DNA of 64,000 nt, from the NCBI GenBank assembly GCA_963837955.1, contig CAWIPH010000002.1, forward strand, positions 672,001 to 736,000, in the 5' to 3' direction. Both the position numbers and the translations under genes were made by a program. Source of the stretch: an uncultured Verrucomicrobiae bacterium. Lineage in GTDB: Bacteria; Verrucomicrobiota; Verrucomicrobiia; Chthoniobacterales; JAFAMB01. Under the pieces are notes generated by a model. The model had not been told where the DNA came from. It searched no databases and was given only the letters and a program-made list of their open reading frames with translations. This document shows, one piece after another, positions 29,259 through 38,802 of this stretch (the stretch's first letter is position 1; each line of letters begins with the position of its first letter).

Positions 29259-30155
29259 TCAATGCGACAGCTCCACCCAGAACGATTTTAGATAATCGCT
29301 ACCGGGAAAATCTTCAGGCATTCTCGTGGCCGCGACAGCTGCAATGTTTGGCAATTTGGCCCGCAGCATCTTCGCGAATAGAGTGTGGGATATACCGCGT
29401 GCGTTGGTGCAGCAGAGGAGCTGCCCGTCGCTGGATACGACGGAAAGTGCCAAATCGAGCAGATCTCCGAAATCTGTGTCCATCCGGAAAATTCCTCCGT
29501 CGCGATCGCGCGAAAATGTCGGCGGGTCGAGGATTACCACATCAAAACGCCGTCCTCTTTTTGCGAATCGCTTGAGCCATTGGAACACGTCGCCGTAGAT
29601 GAACTCGTGCAACTCGCTGTCGAGGCCATTCAGCAGATAGTTAGCTCGACCCCATTCGAGGTAAGCTCGCGAGAGGTCGAGATTGGTGGTCCGCGCGCCA
29701 CCAGAAGCGGCTGCAACACCGAATGCGCACGTGTAAGCGTACGTGTTTAGCACCGTCTTGCCTGAGCTGATGGTCCTAAGACGCTCTCGATTGATCCGTT
29801 GATCGAGAAAGATTCCCTGTGAATACCCAGCTTGGAAATCGACCCAAAACGCCAGACCGTGTTCTTGAACTGAAAACCTGGTTGTGACTGGGTCACCGGC
29901 CAGAAAAACGGGCGCCTGTTTCCCTTCGTTCGTCAGTATCTTGCCATAAAGGGAGCGAAAACCGAGGGCCGCGCTCAGGTCCGGCATCTTCTCCTCCCGT
30001 TTCACGCCGACCAGCCAGTTTCCATTGAAATCGTCGATTACCAATCCGGGGAGTTCGTCGCCGTCACCATCTACGATCCGATAGGCGGTCGTCCCGGTCC
30101 GACGGAGGGCGGCCCTCTTCGCGATCGCGCGCTCGATTTTCTCGGTCGCATACAT
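29259..30155 (-). CDS. class I SAM-dependent rRNA methyltransferase (RlmI/RlmK-like)
   Basis: AYRIVDGDGDELPGLVIDDF, GIFLDQR.NR, VLNTYAYTCAFG, FDVVILDPPTFS. Confidence 0.9.
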   Translation of the reverse strand: MYATEKIERAIAKRAALRRTGTTAYRIVDGDGDELPGLVIDDFNGNWLVGVKREEKMPDLSAALGFRSLYGKILTNEGKQAPVFLAGDPVTTRFSVQEHGLAFWVDFQAGYSQGIFLDQRINRERLRTISSGKTVLNTYAYTCAFGVAAASGGARTTNLDLSRAYLEWGRANYLLNGLDSELHEFIYGDVFQWLKRFAKRGRRFDVVILDPPTFSRDRDGGIFRMDTDFGDLLDLALSVVSSDGQLLCCTNARGISHTLFAKMLRAKLPNIAAVAATRMPEDFPGSDYLKSFWVELSH

Positions 30156-30198
30156 CCTGATTTGCGTATCCTCGCAGGCGGGCATAAATGCAAAGAAT

Positions 30199-32145
30199 AT
30201 GAGCGACTTGCGAGAGACTTTAGAGCAAGCGGTCGAAGAAGGACATTTGTTAGCGACAAGTGCTGGAAACATTTCGCTATTGTTGGCGGCTGGGAAAGAC
30301 CCGGTTTACCGATTGGCAATTTCGCAATTGGTAGACGAAAAAGCCTGGGCAGAATTGAATGACCGCTTCTTCAAGACACTAGCCTTCGGGACCGGTGGTT
30401 TGCGCGGGCGATCGATCGGCAGCCGAATTACCAATGCCGAACGCGGATCCCACCCCGAGTCCGAGCCACCGGAACATCCTTGCGTCGGGACTAACGCGAT
30501 GAATTTTTATAACGTTAGTCGCGCGACTCAGGGACTCGTTGGTTATCTCAAGAACTACCTCTCCTCGATTCAATCGCATCGTCGTCCGAGCTTGGCGATC
30601 GCTCACGATACTAGAATCTTTTCCCGCCAGTTCGCAGAGCTAGCGGCGACGATCGCGACCGATCTGGGTTGTGACGTTTTTCTCTTCGAGTCTGCGCGGT
30701 CGACACCGGAGCTGTCGTTCGCGGTACGCCATACCAATGCCACTGCCGGAATCGTCATCACCGCCAGCCACAACCCGCCTCATGACAATGGTTACAAGGT
30801 CTATTTTGAGGATGGCGCTCAGGTGATCGAACCGCACGCTTCGGCTATCATCGAGCGGGTGAATGAGGTTGCGAGCGAAAGCTATGAATCGGTCGCTGCC
30901 GACGAAAAAGGTAAACTGGTCGCGCTCGGTTCAGATTTCGATGAAATCTACAAAACGAGACTCCGCGTGCTCGTCCTGCAACCGGCGGTGGTTGCGCAAG
31001 AGAAACAGCTCAAAGTGGTATTCTCGCCGATTCATGGCACCGGCGGTGTCATCTCTGTGCCGCTATTGCGCGAGTTCGGTTTTAACGTGATGACCGTGCC
31101 GGAACAGGACCGCCAGGACGGTCGGTTTCCCACCGTGAAATCGCCGAACCCGGAAAACGCCGAAGCTCTTTCCATGGCGATGGAACTTGCCCGAAAGGAG
31201 AATGCCGATCTGGTTGTCGGGACCGATCCGGATTGTGATCGAATGGGTGTGGCTGTGCGGAATCGGGCCGGAGAACTGGTCCTGCTGACCGGTAATCAAA
31301 TCGGATCATTGTTGACCTACTACCGCTCCCGAACGTTTAAACAGCTTGGAGTTTTAAACGACCAAAACAAGAATCGGGGCGTGATCATTAAGACGCTGGT
31401 TACCACCGACCTGCAAAAAGCGATTGCCCTGGGTGAGGGACTCCATTGCGTCGAGACGCTTACTGGATTCAAATACATTGGGGCCAAGCTCCGGAAGTAC
31501 GAGGAGGCTCTGCCGGAACCAATCCGAAGGTCGTATCGCTCATTGTCGGAGGATGAATCACGAAAAGCTCGGCTCGCGCATTCCTATTTCTTCGTGTTCG
31601 GCGGTGAGGAAAGCTATGGCTACAGCGGAGCCGATTTTGTCCGCGACAAAGATGCGAACGCCGCGACTATCATGTTCGCGGAGGTCGCTGCGTATGCCAA
31701 GTCCCAAGGTCTGACTTTGGACGAACTTCTCGATCAGATTTACCTTCAGTACGGCTACTATCTGGAACAAAGTGGCTCGCTGGTTTTTGAAGGCGCGGAG
31801 GGCGCGGAAAAAATTCGTCGATTGGCGGACTCTTATAACGGTTCGCCCCCGAAGGAACTCAACGGGGTAAACGTTTCCCAGGTCCAGGATTTCACCTCTG
31901 GCACCATTCGCGATAGCGAAGGCGATCTGTTGCCGAAAGAGAAAATGACGATGTTCCAGCTGGCGGACGGCTGCCGAATTGCGGTTCGTCCATCTGGCAC
32001 CGAACCGAAGATTAAGTTTTACTTGTTCGGTAAGAGGGAAGGCCTAAATCAGGAGACTCTGGCTAAGGCAAAACAGGAATTGCTGCAATCGCTGACCCAG
32101 TTGTGGGAGTGGCTGCAGGAGGATGCAAAGAAACGCGTCGGCTAG
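30199..32145 (+). CDS. phospho-sugar mutase (phosphoglucomutase/phosphomannomutase)
   Basis: FGTGGLRG, ITASHNP, TDPDCDR, GGEESYG, RPSGTEPKIK. Confidence 0.96.
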   Translation: MSDLRETLEQAVEEGHLLATSAGNISLLLAAGKDPVYRLAISQLVDEKAWAELNDRFFKTLAFGTGGLRGRSIGSRITNAERGSHPESEPPEHPCVGTNAMNFYNVSRATQGLVGYLKNYLSSIQSHRRPSLAIAHDTRIFSRQFAELAATIATDLGCDVFLFESARSTPELSFAVRHTNATAGIVITASHNPPHDNGYKVYFEDGAQVIEPHASAIIERVNEVASESYESVAADEKGKLVALGSDFDEIYKTRLRVLVLQPAVVAQEKQLKVVFSPIHGTGGVISVPLLREFGFNVMTVPEQDRQDGRFPTVKSPNPENAEALSMAMELARKENADLVVGTDPDCDRMGVAVRNRAGELVLLTGNQIGSLLTYYRSRTFKQLGVLNDQNKNRGVIIKTLVTTDLQKAIALGEGLHCVETLTGFKYIGAKLRKYEEALPEPIRRSYRSLSEDESRKARLAHSYFFVFGGEESYGYSGADFVRDKDANAATIMFAEVAAYAKSQGLTLDELLDQIYLQYGYYLEQSGSLVFEGAEGAEKIRRLADSYNGSPPKELNGVNVSQVQDFTSGTIRDSEGDLLPKEKMTMFQLADGCRIAVRPSGTEPKIKFYLFGKREGLNQETLAKAKQELLQSLTQLWEWLQEDAKKRVG

Positions 32146-32210
32146 CATTTGCAGGTGTGCCTCAGGATAGCCTGGCCCGCAGCGCCAGGAACAGCCATAG
32201 GTAGATGGCC

Positions 32211-32678
32211 GCCAATCGGCAGATTAATGAACCGAACAAGGTTCTACAAAAGGTCGTAGAGTCAGATTTTTGAACAGGAGGTCGCAGAGATCTCAAAGAA
32301 GCTAGTACCTGGTCAAACGTAAGGTCAAATTGCCGCGCCTTTTCAACAATGCGAGCGGTAAAAACCGAATCCCCTCTCTGTGACCTTTGCGATCTCTTTG
32401 TTTAAAATTCTGTCTTCGTGTCCTCTTGTTGAACCCAGGATGGGTGCCGATCGGCCGATTAGTGAACCGAACAAGGTTCTACAAAAGGTCGCAGAGTCAG
32501 ATTTTTGAACAGGAGGTCGCAGAGATCTCAAAGAAGCTAGTACCTGGTCAAACGTAAGGTCAAATCGCCGCGCCTTTTCAACAATGCGAGCGGTAAAAAC
32601 CGAATCCCCTCTCTGTGACCTTTGCGATCTCTTTGTTTAAAATTCTGTCTTCGTGTCCTCTGGTGGAACCCAGGATGG
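32211..32678. repeat. tandem direct duplication of a 235-bp non-coding unit, each unit with ~39-bp imperfect inverted arms (MITE/REP-like)
   Basis: 32211-32443 vs 32446-32678, about 7 mismatches; arms 32263-32301 / 32374-32412 and 32498-32536 / 32609-32647. Confidence 0.92.
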
Positions 32679-32795
32679 CCAACCGCTTTCCTGACACGCT
32701 CCTTCGGCGCGGGGGTTCATCATCTCTTTTGCTTGCGGGACCGCCTAGGCTTGGCAGAGTGTCGACTCTTTCCCTTGAGTCGGTTAGACGAATTG

Positions 32796-34019
32796 ATGAA
32801 TAGCCAGCGGAACATTCGGCGGAGCTCTTACGGTCTGAACTCCGGTCTGCTCCCTTTCTGCATCTTCTTCGTCTCTAATCTCTGTTTTGCCGCAGACCCC
32901 GCCACCGGCGATCTTCCGCGGCTCGGTGAGCACGCCACCATTTCGTTGGTCACTTATTCACCTGGCGATGAGCTTTATACCGCATTTGGCCATAGTTCGA
33001 TTCGGGTCCGAGACGATGAGCAAGAAATCGATCGACTCTATAATTATGGAACCTTTGATTTCGAGACCGAAGCCTTCTATCTCAAGTTTGCTCACGGCGA
33101 CCTCCTCTACCAATTGGCGGTTGGCTTATCCAATGCCGAAATCAATGAACGAGGCACTCTTGGGCAGGGGGTCACCGAATCAATCCTAAACTTTACCGCA
33201 GATCAACGGCAGCAAATGTTCTTGGAACTGGAGACGAATCTTCTGCCGGAAAATCGCTTTTATCGGTACGATTTTCTTCTGGATAACTGCTCCACTCGGG
33301 TCCGCGACATATTTGAAAAGGTCTGGGGCCATCCGATAGCCGATCCTTCCATAGGTAAAGTTACATTTCGCCAAATGTTGGACCCCTATTTTTTGCGGAT
33401 GCCTTGGATACGTTTCGGAGTTTATCTTTTGCTGGGTGCCGGTGTTGATCGTCTGGTCACACCACGCGAAGCCTGTTTTCTGCCAGACAATCTGGAGTTA
33501 GCGGTTCAGGAAAGTTCAATCGCCAGCAGTCCGTTGGGCGGTAAGCCCATAGTGACTTATCAACCGCGACCGTTGCCTTCCGGGCCGTGGTATTTCCGAC
33601 CAGAATTCGTTTTTTGGGTTCTCGTTCCCCTGTGGATAGTTTGGTGGATCGTCCGGAGGGGTTCGGCTTCTCCTCTTATTTCCGGGCTGGTCATTTTCTT
33701 TTTCGGGGCGGTCGGGATGTTTCTTCTCGTTTTCGCTGCGAACACCCTCCACTGGGAGGCTTACGATAATTGGAATCTTGGCTGGTTGGTACCGACCCAT
33801 CTGCTCGCAGGCATTTGCGTCATCTTTGTTCGGCGAAGATGGCGATCCTGGCTTCGGGTTTATTTGGCTTTTGCCTTGGTTGAAATTGCGCTATTTGCGG
33901 TCGCGTCGCCCTGGTTGCCGCAACAGTTTCATCATGCCATTTATCCGCTCGCGATCTTGCTGGGTTGGCGCTGTGCCATTGAGCTTTACCGGAGCCCTGT
34001 TCAGGAGGCGGTGGAGTAA
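32796..34019 (+). CDS. DUF4105 / Lnb-like lipoprotein N-acyltransferase family protein
   Basis: ISLVTYSPGDELYTAFGHSSIRV, YNYGTFDF, YRYDFLLDNCSTRVRD, FLPDNL, four C-terminal TMs; the track start (32622) lies inside the repeat. Confidence 0.85.
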   Translation: MNSQRNIRRSSYGLNSGLLPFCIFFVSNLCFAADPATGDLPRLGEHATISLVTYSPGDELYTAFGHSSIRVRDDEQEIDRLYNYGTFDFETEAFYLKFAHGDLLYQLAVGLSNAEINERGTLGQGVTESILNFTADQRQQMFLELETNLLPENRFYRYDFLLDNCSTRVRDIFEKVWGHPIADPSIGKVTFRQMLDPYFLRMPWIRFGVYLLLGAGVDRLVTPREACFLPDNLELAVQESSIASSPLGGKPIVTYQPRPLPSGPWYFRPEFVFWVLVPLWIVWWIVRRGSASPLISGLVIFFFGAVGMFLLVFAANTLHWEAYDNWNLGWLVPTHLLAGICVIFVRRRWRSWLRVYLAFALVEIALFAVASPWLPQQFHHAIYPLAILLGWRCAIELYRSPVQEAVE

Positions 34020-35516
34020 ATGAAAATGCGCATAGTCTGGCAGATTGGGGCGAGCTTGGTGAGTGGCGTGTTGCTCGCTGCAGCGTTCCCGCCTTGGAAC
34101 ATATCTTGGCTTCTTTGGATTGCGTTCGTCCCCGTCTTGGCCGGTTTACTGATAGGGCGAGGACCCGCGCTGCTATTACTCATTCAAGGGGCGATCTTTT
34201 CCGCGACATTTGGCTTCATCACGTTCAGTTGGTTGGGGGCTGAGGGGCGGTGGAGCGAGCTGGTCCAAAACGCCGGGACGCTCATCGGGATAGGATCCAT
34301 TTGGGCCTGGGTCGTTGGGACGTTTGGCGTGCTTCCCGAGTTTCGCAGAGAGAAGAACAGCAAGAAGAAATCGCTCGAACCAATCCTGGTTGGCGCCGGA
34401 AGCTCGGCCCAAGGTTGGATGGGTTCGGGAGCGCATCTTCGCCTCGCGGCACTCGTTGCGTCGGCTTGGACTGTCCTGGAATGGGCCCGAGGCTTTCTTC
34501 TGCCCGTCTGGAATCAAGTCGGAATACCACTGGGCGACAACCTGGCGCTGCTTCAACTCGTGAAGGTGTCCGGCCCTACCGGACTAACCTTCGTTGTCGT
34601 GTTCGCTAATACAATCCTACTTGCTAATATCAGGCGCTTCGCTCTTCAGCCCGGGCGAATGAATTGGGCCGGACGATTTGATGTGACTGTGACGTTGGCG
34701 TTGCTATTGCTCGTGGCGGCAGCCGGATTTTGGTCCTTGCGGTCCGCCCCGGAACCGAAGGGACTAAAGGTTTGTATAGTTTCCTCGCCGTCGACTGATC
34801 TCAATCGTTTGACCGATCTTTCTCTCTTGGCGCCGCCTACCTGCGATTTGGCCGTCTGGCGCCGGACCCTATTGCACAGCGGTGATTATCAAGTTTTGAC
34901 GAAGGCTTCCCTCGGGCAAACCATTGCACTGATTGCCGGAACCGCCCCCTCGCCGGACGCGCCGCTAGCCGGATATAACGTGTTCACGCCCGGATCGGTC
35001 CGAAGCGTGCTTGTTTTTGCGTCGCGTCCGCTTTTTCAATTGATGACCGATCGGGGTTTGCGAAATCCTGAGCCAGTCAAATGTAAGGATACTGCGGTGT
35101 TGCCGTTCGTAGGCCAGGACGCCGGATCGCTTGAGTTATTCCGCGCCGCCGTGCAAAAACAAATTCATTGCTTCGTTGTTCTGGTCGACCAACCAACGGC
35201 GGTCGCGACCGAAGAAGTGCAACTAAAACTGAATCTTCGGGTCTGGACAGTTGCACTGGGGCGTCCGGTTGTGTTCAACTCGCGTCGAGCGGGAGCTTTC
35301 CTGATGACTAGCTCCGGACGAGTTCCGGCATCAATAGATCCGGAAGTCGAAGGAGCGACCGTCGGGGAGATTGATCCGCCGGTGGGGGATGACTCTTCCT
35401 ACTACGCGACCTACGGCGATTGGTTTGCGATTACCGTGGGCGTGCTCGCGCTCTTTTTGGCCTTGAGTGAAGGCTTGAAGAAGTTTTATGCGGAACCTCG
35501 TCGTTTCCATCCATGA
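34020..35516 (+). CDS. apolipoprotein N-acyltransferase (Lnt)-like protein with degenerate nitrilase domain
   Basis: Lnt-type TM region (SGVLLAAAFPP..WIAFVP, WTVLEWAR, W..G, Q...G..GLTF..N) and C-terminal SYYATYGDWF, but no WPE / KxxLVPFGE / ICYE. Confidence 0.75.
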   Translation: MKMRIVWQIGASLVSGVLLAAAFPPWNISWLLWIAFVPVLAGLLIGRGPALLLLIQGAIFSATFGFITFSWLGAEGRWSELVQNAGTLIGIGSIWAWVVGTFGVLPEFRREKNSKKKSLEPILVGAGSSAQGWMGSGAHLRLAALVASAWTVLEWARGFLLPVWNQVGIPLGDNLALLQLVKVSGPTGLTFVVVFANTILLANIRRFALQPGRMNWAGRFDVTVTLALLLLVAAAGFWSLRSAPEPKGLKVCIVSSPSTDLNRLTDLSLLAPPTCDLAVWRRTLLHSGDYQVLTKASLGQTIALIAGTAPSPDAPLAGYNVFTPGSVRSVLVFASRPLFQLMTDRGLRNPEPVKCKDTAVLPFVGQDAGSLELFRAAVQKQIHCFVVLVDQPTAVATEEVQLKLNLRVWTVALGRPVVFNSRRAGAFLMTSSGRVPASIDPEVEGATVGEIDPPVGDDSSYYATYGDWFAITVGVLALFLALSEGLKKFYAEPRRFHP

Positions 35517-36240
35517 TGTCTCGCCGCTGACGCAAGCAAGTTGCCGGCGGATCTTAGACGATTTGCGAGAGGTTGGCGTTCCAACGACGTCGCTGCTCAT
35601 CATTCCCAATCACCATCAGCGCGCGCCAGTCATCGACCATCAGGAGTTTCAAGACTGGTTAAAGGCAACGGTCGATGAAGGTCATGAGCCGATCTTACAC
35701 GGTTACTTTCACGCGCGAACTCCGAAAAATACGGATGCCGGAATCGTAAAATTTACGAACCAGATTTATACAGCTGGAGAGGGAGAGTTCTACGATCTCG
35801 ATCGAATGGAAGCCTCTCGTCGATTACGGCGGGGCTTAAACGATCTGGAGTTTCTGCAAAGACCGATTTCCGGATTTGTGGCTCCGGCTTGGCTACTCGG
35901 GTTTGAAGCGGAAGCGGCCGTGCGGCAGGTCGGTTTCCGTTACATCACAACTGTCGGTTCTGTAAACGTGTTTGATGGCGTTCATCGTTACGTGTCCCGC
36001 TCCTTAGTCTGGAGCACTCGGTCTTCCTGGCGGCGCATGATGAGCCTGGCCTGGAACCAGGGTCTGATCTCCCGGATGCGCGAGAGGTCACTGTTGCGGA
36101 TTTCCATCCATCCTTCCGACCGAGAGATTCCCGTGGTCTGGTCTCAAGTGAAAAGTGTGGTTACTTCCGCGCTGGAGGACCGAAGGCCGTTGACGTACGA
36201 GAAGTTCATTGCCAACCATCTCGATCCAACCGACGCTTAG
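35488..36240 (+). CDS. DUF2334 / polysaccharide deacetylase family protein
   Basis: LVVSIHDVSP, LHGYFH, GEGEFY, GFVAPAWLL, RISIHP.D. Confidence 0.88.
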   Translation: MRNLVVSIHDVSPLTQASCRRILDDLREVGVPTTSLLIIPNHHQRAPVIDHQEFQDWLKATVDEGHEPILHGYFHARTPKNTDAGIVKFTNQIYTAGEGEFYDLDRMEASRRLRRGLNDLEFLQRPISGFVAPAWLLGFEAEAAVRQVGFRYITTVGSVNVFDGVHRYVSRSLVWSTRSSWRRMMSLAWNQGLISRMRERSLLRISIHPSDREIPVVWSQVKSVVTSALEDRRPLTYEKFIANHLDPTDA

Positions 36241-36261
36241 GCGCCCCTGGCGAATTCATGC

Positions 36262-38664
36262 ATGGCTGCAAAAGTTGATCTGCATCTGCACTCACGTTTC
36301 AGCGATCGCTCGGTGGAGTGGCTGTTTCGACGGTTCGAATTTCCCGATAGCTACTCCGATCCTCGCAACCTGTACAAGCGGTTGCGGGAAAAGGGGATGT
36401 CGTTCGTTACGTTCACGGATCATAATCGAATCGACGGTTGCCTTGAAATAGCCGATCAGCCTGACACTTTCATAAGCTGCGAAGTCACCGCGGAATTTCC
36501 GGACGACCAAGTCGCCGTCCATTTATTAGTATGGAATATCACCGAAACGGAGCACCGCGAGATGCAGCAACTGCGGCGAAACGTTTATGAGTTACAGGCT
36601 TATCTAGCGAGCCGTAAGATCGTCCACGCGGTCGCTCATCCGTTTTACGATAAGGATAGACGCTTAACGGCTGATCACGTTCAGAAACTAGTTCTGCTCT
36701 TTAAGCATTTCGAAGGAGTGAACGGACTCCGCGATTCTTTGTTAAGCGAGGTCGCCCGGTTCGTTTTTCGATCGCTAACACCTGACCTGACCGCGAGGTT
36801 CGCTGACAAACAAAAGCTGGCGCCGACCCACGACGAGCCATGGCGCAAGATCTTGATCGCTGGTTCAGATGACCACGCCGGGATCTTTCCCGCGTCGGCT
36901 TACACGGAAACTCCAACCAGTGAGAGCATCGCTCAATTTCTCCAGCACATTCAGCATGGCGATTGCGTGGTTCGAGGGCCCGGTGGCACTCCGCTCACCA
37001 TTGCCCACGGCCTCTACAATACCACCTATCAGTTTGCCAAAGATAAGTTTTCCGCGGCGGTCAGCCCGAATCTCGATTTTCTCGAGGTGGTCTTTTCCCG
37101 CTTCATGGAGGGAAAGAATCCGACCCAATTCACTCTCGGCGAAAAAATCGGTCTCATGTTCAGCGGTATTCTCTCCGGGAAGATTTTCGAATTGGCTCGC
37201 CCTTCTAATCTCTCGATTTGGCCGGAACTTGCCACCTATTTCGGAAGCGCCAACGTCCAAGCGCAGCTCGCTCGAGAGACCGAAGGAGTGAAAGAGCCGG
37301 AAAGACGGGCCTTTCTCCTGGTAGCGCTGATCTTCAATCAGCTTGGTTTCCGTTTCTTCGATAAATTCATCCAACAGATTACCAGTGGCAACGTGATGGA
37401 GGCGATGCAGACACTCAGCGCGCTTTTGCCCATGGGTATGTTGCTTGGGCCTTACTTTTACGGTTTTCACAGCCAGGCACCATCGCGACGACGTTTGACC
37501 GACATTTGTGCCGGCACCGTAAACTTCGTGCCGGATGTTCTCCAAAATACGAGACGCGCTTGGTTCACGGATACTCTCGAGGATGTCAACGGGGTGACGA
37601 CCACAATCCGTAAGATGACGGCAGCCGGCCTGGAATGCGGCGCCGATCTTATCGTGGTGACTTCGCGAGAGCAGATCAGTCTGACCGATATTCCGATCAA
37701 GAATTTTATCCCGATCGGCGAGTTTGAACTTCCCGAATACGAACTACAGAAGCTTAGTTTCCCGCCCGTGCTGCACATGATTGATTACATTCAGCGAGAG
37801 CGTTTTACTGAGTTGATCATTAGCACACCAGGGCCGGTTGGCCTCACCGCACTGCTTGCCGGGAAGGTGCTCGATCTGAAGACCACCGGTATTTATCATA
37901 CCGATTTTCCGCAATACGTTCGGATACTGACCCAAGACAATTACATGGAAACCCTGGCCTGGAATTTCATGCAATGGTTCTATTCGCAACTTGATCTCGT
38001 CTACGTTAATTCCGAGAACTATCGCCAACGTTGGATTGAACGAGGGATTGCTCCGGAAAAGCTGAAGATTTTTCCGCGTGGCTTGGATCAACTCGAGTTT
38101 AACCCCAAGCTGCGCAATCCTAAATTCTGGACCCAATTTGGAAAAGAGCCGGAAGATATCGGTTTGCTTTATGTAGGTCGAATTTCGAAAGAGAAGAATC
38201 TCGATGTTGCCGTCGCGGCCTTCCGGCTGCTTCGTCAACAAGGATTGGCGGTTCGATTGCTGGTAGTTGGCGATGGGCCGTATTTGAAGGAGCTGATGGA
38301 CCTGGCGCCGGAAGCTTGTTACACCGGGTATCTCAAGGGCAGAGAATTAGCGACTGCCTATGCCTCGAGCGATATCTTTGTTTTCCCGAGCACGACTGAC
38401 ACTTTTGGTAACGTGGTGATCGAGGCCCAAGCTGCCGGTCTGCCTTGCGTCGTTTCGGATCAAGGGGGTCCTCATGAGCTGGTGGAGGATGGAGTAGACG
38501 GACTTGTGACGCGCTCGCTTGATGTGGAAGACTTCGCCAAGGCGGTACGACGCTTAGCCCTGGATGAAGGTCTCCGGCGGGGAATGGGACAGCGCGCTCG
38601 CGAGCGAGTGCAGGACCGAAACTGGAGCCACGCATTTCGCCAATTTTGGAATGAGACGTTGTAA
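36262..38664 (+). CDS. PHP-domain / GT4 glycosyltransferase fusion
   Basis: PHP: DLHLHS..SD, TDHN, AHP, GSDDH. GT4: TDT..DVNGV, TPGPVGL, YHTDFPQY, YVGRISKEKN, FPSTTDTFGNVVIEAQAAGLP. Confidence 0.92.
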   Translation: MAAKVDLHLHSRFSDRSVEWLFRRFEFPDSYSDPRNLYKRLREKGMSFVTFTDHNRIDGCLEIADQPDTFISCEVTAEFPDDQVAVHLLVWNITETEHREMQQLRRNVYELQAYLASRKIVHAVAHPFYDKDRRLTADHVQKLVLLFKHFEGVNGLRDSLLSEVARFVFRSLTPDLTARFADKQKLAPTHDEPWRKILIAGSDDHAGIFPASAYTETPTSESIAQFLQHIQHGDCVVRGPGGTPLTIAHGLYNTTYQFAKDKFSAAVSPNLDFLEVVFSRFMEGKNPTQFTLGEKIGLMFSGILSGKIFELARPSNLSIWPELATYFGSANVQAQLARETEGVKEPERRAFLLVALIFNQLGFRFFDKFIQQITSGNVMEAMQTLSALLPMGMLLGPYFYGFHSQAPSRRRLTDICAGTVNFVPDVLQNTRRAWFTDTLEDVNGVTTTIRKMTAAGLECGADLIVVTSREQISLTDIPIKNFIPIGEFELPEYELQKLSFPPVLHMIDYIQRERFTELIISTPGPVGLTALLAGKVLDLKTTGIYHTDFPQYVRILTQDNYMETLAWNFMQWFYSQLDLVYVNSENYRQRWIERGIAPEKLKIFPRGLDQLEFNPKLRNPKFWTQFGKEPEDIGLLYVGRISKEKNLDVAVAAFRLLRQQGLAVRLLVVGDGPYLKELMDLAPEACYTGYLKGRELATAYASSDIFVFPSTTDTFGNVVIEAQAAGLPCVVSDQGGPHELVEDGVDGLVTRSLDVEDFAKAVRRLALDEGLRRGMGQRARERVQDRNWSHAFRQFWNETL

Positions 38665-38802
38665 TCCTCGCTCCACCGGCAGGCGAAAGCCTGACTCAGC
38701 CGATGCGGATCGGTTTGAAGCTGCGATAATCATCTGTAAAAACGATGCTAGAAATTTGTTTATCGATTAAGATAATGACGAAACCGCGGGTAGGCTCGGG
38801 TC

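Noticed and set aside
32211..32678. CRISPR array or IS element
   Set aside because: Only two long near-identical units, with no unique spacers, cas genes or transposase ORF
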